A stretch of DNA of 15,757 bases from Octopus sinensis (taxonomy: Eukaryota), in NCBI RefSeq assembly GCF_006345805.1, contig NW_021825352.1:1-15757 (forward strand). Direction: 5' to 3'. The notes under the pieces were generated by a model that was given only the letters and a program-made list of their open reading frames with translations, made no database searches and was not told the DNA's origin. The number at the start of each line of letters is the position of its first letter. Positions within the stretch are counted from its first letter, which is position 1. Made by a program: the position numbers and the translations under genes. This document shows, one piece after another, positions 7,787 through 15,757 of this stretch.

Positions 7787-9189
7787 CGATATCCATACAC
7801 ACAAGTGAGCGAACAAACGAAGGAAAAGTAGCACTCAACAACTTTCAGTTGGAGTTACATTTATTCAATAACAGTCTGACCTAGCTCTACATCACGTAAA
7901 GTTTCACGGACATAGGGCACACCACCTCATCGGATACTCGGAACACCTGATGACACCGGATGTACATATGTATGCGTATAGTAAACCCATTCCGTAGTGC
8001 AACCCATTTTGCACTGATTCGCTATATGTTTTTTTCTTGGAGTGGGACAACACTATACCATTATAAAAATTGTCTGCTAAAATATACCCCCACATACACC
8101 CACATTGTCTACACGATATTTTTCCCATCATGAATCGAAAAATGGCCTGCCTTACCGATATGCCGAAAGTACATTTAAGTTTCGGAGAACAATTCAGCAC
8201 TGTTCTTAACTAGTCGATGTTGGTTTGTTAGATCCAAATAATAGCATAGCCTTCAAGGTGTTCGTGAGTCTTAGAATGTACAAGAATAGACTTGCAAGTA
8301 ATCAAGAAATTATTCCAGGTATTAATAAGTATTATCGAATATGGCAGCGACTCTCACTAACTTCCGCATGGATGAAAATAGACCTTTCCCTGAAAAGAAT
8401 AGTATCCCGCACTTACATCTCCCGAGAAGAAAGAAATATTCTTCTTGTGCACGGCCGTTTAAAACTACTTTTCGGTGGCAATGCGTTTAAGAAACTCAAG
8501 GCTAAAGTTAATGTTCGTTCATCAGTTATATCGAAAGATGTATCGTTTGAATAAGAATTGATTTGAGAAGAAAATATCATATATGTATATTTATTGTGGA
8601 ATATTATATATTTATGATGGAATACTTGCATATGGGAAGGGGGGTGAGTGTAAAACTATACAGCTTCTCAAAACAGAGGAAGAAGAGATAAAGCTAATAA
8701 GATGAAGAAAGACATACTTAAAATCTGAGAGGAAGGGAGTTACAGGTAAGGTGTCAGGTGAGTAATGTTAATTTAGGTGTAAGAGAGAAAATGAAACATG
8801 CGTAGAAAGATGACTGTTGAAAGGTATAAGATGGTGATGTACATTATAGGAGAGGGGCAAATATTTCTTTCAAAAACGTGATTTGCTTGATAGATGAATG
8901 TATTTGTTAAAAATCAGAAGCAGACATGTTGGAGCAGAATGAAATGCTATGAATGGAAGAAAAGTGTGAAATAAATTATGAAACATAAGTGGGTGGTGAA
9001 ACGAAGCAAGGATGATGAGAAACGAAACTGAAGGTGATGAGGACATGTTGAAACCAAATATATTCAAATGGACAATGGATAATATAAAATGTTAATTGAG
9101 AAATGCTAAATACATTCATAAATGCATTTATTCTAGTTTGTCTTACTAATGACCATTAATATGGCGTGAAATTAACAAATAGAAGTCTG

Positions 9190-9734
9190 TTAGGTCGAAT
9201 TTCCTTAAACAATGAATCTAATATGTAAAATCCTACAAGTTCACAGACCTTAGCCTCATCGCATGAGCCCGGAGCGATATCAAATAGCTCGTCGCCATTA
9301 CGCTTCACCCAAAGGTTGTTTTCAAAGAATAGTAAATACTTTCTGGCGTGCACGATAATCTCATTGTCAAGGTCGCAAACAGAGATGAAATTCTTGTATG
9401 AAGTCGAAGATGCTTTGAGATAAAGGAGAAGAACTCATCAATATTAAATTGGATCAATTTATAATTACGCATACTGTCTATTTGGTTAAGCCAATTAATA
9501 ACAGCGGAAATATTCTTCTACAAAGGCAAAATTGTGGCATGATGAATTTAAGCGATAATTCTAAGATAAGCGTGCATTCTATTGTTTGTTGGACCTGATA
9601 AAACTGCATTTAGGGTCAGCTAAAATGTTATCTCTGAGGTCCTTAAACGAGATGTAGAAATGCCTAACTGCTAAGCATTCAGTTCAATTATTTATATTAA
9701 ACTTAATGTCTAAAACCTGAGTCTCCTTAATATT
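9190..9734 (-). pseudogene. Penelope-like element reverse transcriptase relic
   Basis: Manual translation across stops and frameshifts: ECLAVRHFYISFKDLRDNILADPKC ... PL*KNISAVINWLNQID ... LIQFNIDEFFSFISK ... EIIVHARKYLLFFENNLWVKRNGDELFDIAPGSCDEAKVCELVGFYILDSL. This matches the PLE RT pattern FDI.EFYPSI / [22 protein letters not shown] in the right order. Homology ends before the catalytic DD motif. Confidence 0.88.
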
Positions 9735-9742
9735 ACGATATA

Positions 9743-9760
9743 TAGTAGTAGCAGTAGTAA

Positions 9761-9792
<32 letters not shown>
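9743..9792. repeat. (TAG)n microsatellite
   Basis: Trinucleotide run read directly. Confidence 0.95.
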
Positions 9793-10153
9793 CATCCTGA
9801 ATTTGTTGCATGTCATGCTGCCCGACTTGTTTCTCTCTCTTGTTTTTCTCCTTTCTTTCCTTCCTTCTTTTTCTTGTTTTCTTCCTCTCCTTTTGACTTC
9901 CCGACTTAAGCCTTTCTTTCTTTCTTCCTTTCGTTTTCCCTTTATCTTTTTTATTCTTTAATACTATCTTTAGTAAGTCTCTCTGCTTTTGTTTCGCCCA
10001 CTTCAACCTCTTTCCCTTATGCCTGTTAAACATTTGGTACTTATAAAAAATTTCCTATCTCTCTTTAGATAATCTCAATTCATTTGCACTTACTTCAATC
10101 TCCCCAAACCACCATCCACCTTACAATAAGCGCCTTTCACAACTTTCACATGC

Positions 10154-10235
10154 TTTTATCTTTTAATTGTTTCACTCATTAAACTGCAGCCATGCTGGGG
10201 CACCGCCTTGAAGAATTTTAGTCGAACAAACAGAC
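10154..10235 (-). mobile_element. SINE family A tail fragment
   Basis: TTTTATCTTTT...CTGCAGCCATGCTGGGGCACCGCCTTGAAG...TTAGTCGAACAAA matches 3024-3095. Confidence 0.82.
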
Positions 10236-10369
10236 ATCTGTTTATTCATTTATTTACCAAATTATTCATACACATCGCTTTAATCAAATATTTAATTGTA
10301 TATTTAGATAAAACTAAAACATGATTTTAATAGGCGGCAAACAGTAACGCAAGGGTAAACCGTTAAAAA

Positions 10370-10762
10370 ACTGGTTAGTGGTCAGTCAGGATAAACTGAT
10401 GGAAGGAATAGGGAGGTGAGGGTGATAGAGAGAAAGATATGAGAGTATAAAGAGATGAGTGTAAAGAGTAAAGGAGTGTCAGGTAGACGGAATGAATAGG
10501 GAGGTGAGGGTGATAGAGAGAGAGAGAGAGAGAAAGATATGAGGGTGTAAAAAGATGAGAGGGTAGATAGTAAAGGAGTGCCAGGTATGTAGTGATAGAG
10601 CCTAAATGAGGGGCTGCTCCTGACTTGGACTATATCACTACATACCTGACACTCCTTTACTATTTACCCTCTCATCTTTTTACACCCTCATATCTTTCTC
10701 TCCCTATCACCCTCACCTCCCCATTCCTTCTATCAATTTATCCTGACTGACCACTAACCAGT
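10370..10762. repeat. Long foldback with tandem duplication in the left arm
   Basis: 10631-10762 is the reverse complement of the left arm (ACTGGTTAGTGGTCAGTCAGGATAAA...GTAAAGGAGTGYCAGGTATGTAGTGATA). Imperfect pairing continues to a tip near 10615. The left arm carries two related units, 10406-10493 and 10494-10587. Confidence 0.92.
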
Positions 10763-11373
10763 ATATTTTCCCTCTCTTCATTTCTCTATTATTTCTCTTC
10801 CCACCTTTCTTTTTTTCTTTCTTTTTTCCTCTCTTCCTGTTTTTCGTGTGACCTTACAAACACATTCCCAACTTTTAAGTCACTTCAAAAAAACCCTCGA
10901 TTCAATAACACCGTTTGCAAACTCTATGCTTGGAATGACCAATTTTAAATACTATTGGAACTTAATCACAAGGTACAAGAATCTTATATGTATACCATTC
11001 TGCCTAAATAATGGAACTGAAGATACAATATCCCTGCATATCTCACATCTATTTTCATTCCTCCACTCCACTCTGTATTTCATATCTTATCTAGAATAAC
11101 TTTTGCTTAATCCTTTTTTCACACCGTCTCCGATGAAGGGATAAATAAAATATCCCTGAAACAGTTGTAAGACCTTCTCTTTATAAATGTTCTGAAATCT
11201 TTCACGCCCTTGGATTTTTGTCTCATTCTGTTAATTTTTTATATATACGCATGCTGATGTATGACCGACGTTGGGCTCCTCATTCGCATAATCACCGAAC
11301 CTGGAGCTTAACTATAGTCTGTCCATAGCACTAACTCAGCATTTCCTTACACCTTTAGGTCTTCTTGACACCA
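10615..11373 (+). mobile_element. Putative non-autonomous PLE-derived (hammerhead-bearing) element
   Basis: Non-coding pyrimidine-rich body, hammerhead at 11126-11173, and a 3' segment repeated at 2664-2843. Boundaries and the PLE link are inferred. Confidence 0.5.
11126..11173 (+). ncRNA. Minimal type I hammerhead ribozyme (PLE-type, predicted dimer-cleaving)
   Basis: Stem I GTCT (11126-29) / AGAC (11170-73). Core CCGATGA (11130-36). Stem II AGGGATA (11137-43) / TATCCCT (11151-57). GAAA (11158-61). Stem III ACAGTTGT is self-complementary with two G-U pairs. GUA cleavage triplet at 11167-69. Confidence 0.8.
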
Positions 11374-11538
11374 TATACAGATATATATATATATATATAT
11401 ATCCCTTATATGTACACACACGCACAAATATACATACACACTTTCACATATGCATATAAGAAATGAAGAGTGCAGCATGCTGTACTTAACATTCCACTGG
11501 TTCGTTACTCAACAACGAATATCCTTCGGTCTGTCTGT

Positions 11539-11544
<6 letters not shown>

Positions 11545-11590
<46 letters not shown>
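11545..11590. repeat. (TC)n microsatellite
   Basis: Perfect dinucleotide run. Confidence 0.97.
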
Positions 11591-11593
<3 letters not shown>

Positions 11594-11609
11594 GCGGGTA
11601 TATATATCA

Positions 11610-11869
11610 CTTTTATTTGTTTCAGTCATTGGTCTTCTTCTATGCTGGGGGTATTGCCTTGAAAAGTTTAGTAGCAGAAAAAAAATCTGCTACTTATTCT
11701 ATCGAACGCTTTTGTCGGACTGCTAAGTCACGGTGAGACGTAAACAAAGCAAAACTGGTTGTCAAGCAGTTGTAGGGTGGTGGCGATGGAGACAAACACA
11801 CACACACACACACATAGAAATACACAAACACATAGAAATACACAAACACACACACACATATATACGACG
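11610..11869 (-). mobile_element. SINE family A, diverged 3' half plus internal microsatellite
   Basis: GTTTCAGTCATT...TACTTATTCTATCG...GCTAAGTCACGGTGAGACGTAAAC...GGTTGTCAAGC...GACAAACACAC...TATACGACG is colinear with 3030-3280. Confidence 0.85.
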
Positions 11870-12496
11870 AGTCAGAGCAATTTATAAGAGCGGAAACATT
11901 CTTCTCATCATTGATCTGGGCAGTCAGAGAAGACTTAGGATCACACAACAACAACAACAATAGCAGCAGCAGCAGCGCACCCGATTTGCACTACAGCACC
12001 TATTCCCAGGCTTTCTCTACTTGTCAGTTTGTGTTTCATTGCTTGTAGCACTCAAGCTTCCACAATCCTTCTCTACCGCACTTTCACTTTCACTATCTCT
12101 CTTTTACTCCCCCTCACTCTCTTCCTCCCCTCACTCTCTTTCTCCTCCTCTCTCCATCTCTTACAGTTTCTACTTTTCTCCACTCGCTTGCAAATTATCC
12201 CACGTTGATCCTGTCATTGCAGAGGATTTATGCACGCGATACAAAACATTCGTAACATGAACAGGTTTGCAAAACCCCAGACTTCAGCAAATTTCTAAAT
12301 TCGTTTCGTAATAAACATTTGGTGCATTTTTGTACGTTTATTATTCTCCTTCTGAATTTTCTGCGAGAGTTGGTCAAATTAAAACAAAAGGAGAAACGGA
12401 AGAGAGGAAAGAAAAAATGTGTATCAAACGAGTCGATAATTTTGAAGATTGCTTCATAATAACAATTTAAAAGAAGCATTTCACATGCAGGCATAC

Positions 12497-12504
12497 ACGT
12501 GTGT

Positions 12505-12553
<49 letters not shown>

Positions 12554-12659
12554 CGTGCGTGTATGAGTGCGTGTATGCGTGTGTATACACATATAGACAA
12601 GTAGGTAGATAGATGAATATAGTGTATATATTATACACTCACTTTTATCAGATGTGTGA

Positions 12660-12716
<57 letters not shown>

Positions 12717-12997
12717 TCAGACAGACAGAGAAATAGAGTTAGATAGATAGATATAGATATACATAGACACTATTATACATATGTATATATATATATATAT
12801 ACATATATAAATATTATATATGTATATATTATATACATGCATATATTATATATATATGTACATATTATATATATATATATAAATATTATATATATGTGTA
12901 TATACCATATATATGTGAATATATTATATATATGTATATATCATATATATATAATGTATATGTTATATATATATATTTCATATATAGTACATACATA
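12497..12997. repeat. Compound (GT)n/(TA)n/(GA)n/(GATA)n low-complexity tract
   Basis: Successive microsatellite runs read directly. Confidence 0.88.
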
Positions 12998-13509
12998 TCT
13001 ATATATATAAAACTGTAGTTGTGTGAGTGTCTGTCCCCTTCGATTTAGATTCCTAACTACTTCCACATTTTGCGGTGCAGTTTAACCAAATTCGGGTATC
13101 TTATAGTCGTGATTCATATCGAGCCCGTCTGAGTATTAGCGCGCATCTACGATGAGTCTACGATTTTAAAAATAATTTAACATCATTTTTTATTCCATTT
13201 TAATGCATAATTTTTCGTGTGTCGATGGCGGCGGAGTTGGCGTCCACGCTCAAACACCTGCACCTGTTTGCTTCTCTCCTTCTTCCCTCCCTCGTGAAGC
13301 TGTGGGGAAGGGAATGTAAGGAAATCAACGTCGAAGCGTTGTCAAGGAGACCAGCGTTCTTTTAGAACAACGACTTCATGGCTTGAAGACACCAAAACAG
13401 AAATGGCTAAGAAAGTCCGAATTGGCATCTATAAGGGAAGTAACTCTCTAAAAATGCTTATATAGTTATTTACCTTACAAACCCGAGCAACGCCGGGCGA
13501 TACTACTAG
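12998..13509 (+). mobile_element. Non-autonomous Helitron (512 bp) with intact termini
   Basis: 5' A|TCTATATATATAAAA at 12997|12998. 3' GC-rich hairpin CCCG-A-GC-AAC-GC-CGGG (13482-13497), then CTAG (13506-13509)|T. This gives A-T insertion context, and no TSD is seen. Confidence 0.82.
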
Positions 13510-13561
13510 TTGAATATAGAATATATAATCACATGCAATATATAGTTATATAATATATATT

Positions 13562-13616
13562 GGCGGTACTCCAGTATGGCCCCCAGCCTCTGACTAACAC
13601 CAGTAGAAAATAAAAG
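13562..13616 (+). mobile_element. SINE family A tail fragment
   Basis: GGCGGTACTCCAGTATGGCC...TGACTAACACCAGTAGAAAATAAAAG matches the reverse complement of 3024-3081. Confidence 0.7.
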
Positions 13617-13900
13617 TTGTATAAATGCGTGTCGGTGCGCGCGTGTGTGTGAGTGTGTGTGCGTGTGTGTGTGTGCGTGTGTGTGTGTGCCTTTAGGTGC
13701 TTCTGTAATGAGGTATTTACCGTTTCTCTTTTCTCTGGAATAATTCTTGCTTTTCAATTCCGTTTCATTTCTACATCACGTATGTTTGTTACTATTCTGA
13801 AATTGTCATGCATTTGATTGAGCTCTTTAGAATAGATCCGTTTCAATTCTGTATTGATTACGTCGTGTTCTTGACTAACGCGTATCTAAATAACCTTATG

Positions 13901-13991
<91 letters not shown>

Positions 13992-14036
13992 GTCTGTCTG
14001 TCTATCTGTCATTTTATCTATCTATCTATCTATCTG

Positions 14037-14120
<84 letters not shown>

Positions 14121-14140
14121 CCTATCTATCTATCTATCTA
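13901..14140. repeat. (TCTA)n microsatellite with TCTG interruptions
   Basis: 240-bp array. It accounts for the SIYL ORF. Confidence 0.97.
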
Positions 14141-14991
14141 CACACATTTTTTCCATGTCTGTCTTTCTGTTTGTCTGCTTGCCTACCCGACTGTCTATGT
14201 AGGTATGTGTGAATGTCTATACACATAAATATATACGTATATGTATCTATATGTAAGTGTGTGTGTGGATATGTATGTGCACGCGCGCGTTTGTATTTTC
14301 TTCGTATACATACTCTAAACTAACACTCGTCCAAAGGATAGAAAAAGTTAAACGCAAGCAGATATTCTTTTCATGCATTATTTGAACATTCAAATAACTG
14401 AACTGTAAACGGATAAAATAAAACGATGAGGCATATTTAGTATGTTTTTTTCTTACGTCAGCATTTTTTATTTTCCTTTTTACACCAACAACGTCTAACA
14501 CAAGAAATGAATTTATATAAGAAAGTTTAATTGCTTACACAATATTCTAATTCGACGGAATGTTTATAAACACAACATTCTTAACAATAGATCTATTTTT
14601 TTGTTATTTTGTACTTTTTGTTTTTTTTATACTTTTGTACTTTTTGTTTTTGTACTTTTTGTTTTTAATACTTGTTTTTTCGTCTTCGACCATGGCAATA
14701 TGTCCGTTTGAATTTCCTACGCTGGGCATAGCTTAAAATTAGAATTTAATTACGGAAAAGCAAAACAGGAAATTAATTCATTCTTGCATTTTTAGGGTTT
14801 AATTTTCAATTCAGAATGGTAAAAGTCTATAACATCTTACGATTCGTATGCGCTTCACAGAATATTTCAGTTGTTGAAATACAAAGTCCCAGAGAGCACT
14901 TGAGCTTCTTCTAGTTTTGAACTCAAATCAACATATTCTAATTATATCGATTATTTTTTAAAATCTTTTACTTGTTTCATTATTAAAAAAA

Positions 14992-15200
14992 AAAATCTTT
15001 TACTTGCTTCACTCGTTGGACCTCGGCCATACTGGGGCATCAGTTTGGAGGTACTTAGGGAACATATCAACCCAACTACTTACTTTTAAAACTTGGTACG
15101 GATTCTGTCAGTGTCTTTTGCCGAAGCGCTATGTGATGGAAGCGTAAACAAACCAGCACCAGTTGTCAAACGGTAGTGAGAGACAAACACACACACGCAT
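14992..15200 (-). mobile_element. SINE family A, diverged 3' half
   Basis: CTTTTACTTGCTTCACTC...CGGCCATACTGGGGCA...TCTTTTGCCGAAGCGCTA...CCAGCACCAGTTGTCAAAC...GACAAACACAC. The tail 20-mer is duplicated at 14960-14979. Confidence 0.82.
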
Positions 15201-15242
15201 TGACACACACACACATACACACACACAGATATGCAACGTATA

Positions 15243-15284
<42 letters not shown>

Positions 15285-15523
15285 GATTATATATATATAT
15301 AATATATATATATGTGTGTTTGTGTGTGTGTGGGTGTGTGTGTGTATATAACACATACATATATGTGTATATATAAATGCATTATATAAATGTATATTAT
15401 AATATTTAATATATCATAAAAAATATATATCTAATTATATATATAATAATATATTATATATATATATATAATATATATATATATATATTTATATTATATG
15501 TATGTATGTATATATGTATATAT
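15201..15523. repeat. Compound (CA)n/(TA)n/(GT)n microsatellite tract
   Basis: Read directly. Confidence 0.9.
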
Positions 15524-15625
15524 CTGCGGGCATGCTTGGGCACTGCCTTGAAAAAAATAGCTTGTCCGCGATTTTCAAAGCAGTGCCCAAGCATTCCCGC
15601 AGTCTAATGACTGAAATAAGTAAGA
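15524..15625 (+). mobile_element. SINE family A tail fragment with local inverted duplication
   Basis: 31-bp arms 15524-15554 / 15572-15602 (29/31 complementary). The right arm continues into the tail TCTAATGACTGAAATAAGTAAGA. Confidence 0.82.
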
Positions 15626-15678
15626 TATTATATATTATATATATATATGAGAGAGAGAGAGAGGTGAGAGAGAGAGAG

Positions 15679-15702
15679 GATAGATGGATGGATAGATGGA
15701 TG

Positions 15703-15757
<55 letters not shown>
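15679..15757. repeat. (GATA)n/(GATG)n microsatellite
   Basis: Runs to the end of the window. Confidence 0.97.

Noticed and set aside
8470-8530. Minus-strand CTGATGA followed later by GAAA as a third hammerhead
   Set aside because: No stem II can form between the core and a GAAA, and there is no matching stem I.
9710-10033. 107-aa K/R/E-rich minus-strand ORF
   Set aside because: Low-complexity purine tract plus (TAG)n; compositional artefact.
10848-11099. 83-aa ORF upstream of the hammerhead as a GIY-YIG endonuclease
   Set aside because: No GIY-YIG or Cys/His motif is visible in this translation.
11868-11920. Minus-strand ATGATGA...CTGA as a C/D box snoRNA
   Set aside because: Only ~40 nt between the boxes, no terminal stem, and no evident guide.
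13808-14212. 134-aa SIYL-repeat ORF
   Set aside because: Translation of (TCTA)n.
14590-14685. T-rich (TTTTTGTAC)-like tract as a retroelement tail
   Set aside because: No adjoining element or TSD could be recognised; treated as low-complexity DNA.

Overview
Eukaryotic, AT-rich, microsatellite-dense non-coding DNA (intronic or intergenic). The SINE repertoire looks like that of an octopod cephalopod (Octopus); this is recognition and inference, not a database result. No host exon or intact gene is supported. Nearly all ORFs in the supplied track are translated microsatellites, SINEs or antisense TE relics. The window is a mosaic of: four tRNA-derived or SINE-like families (labelled A-D here); an internally deleted Tc1/mariner element with TIRs and TA TSD (5801-6531); a hAT-type MITE with an 8-bp TSD (6555-6845); a non-autonomous Helitron with intact ends (12998-13509); and a decayed Penelope-like (PLE) reverse transcriptase (9190-9734, minus strand). 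The most notable signal is a complete minimal type I hammerhead ribozyme fold (11126-11173, plus strand) with a self-complementary stem III of the dimer-cleaving PLE type. It sits in a ~1-kb non-coding unit that begins with a ~390-bp foldback. The sequence 3' of its predicted cleavage site recurs at 2664-2843, again capped by a foldback. Also notable are a Y-shaped 107-bp-arm hairpin element (573-891) and a young SINE inserted into an older relative with a 15-bp TSD.
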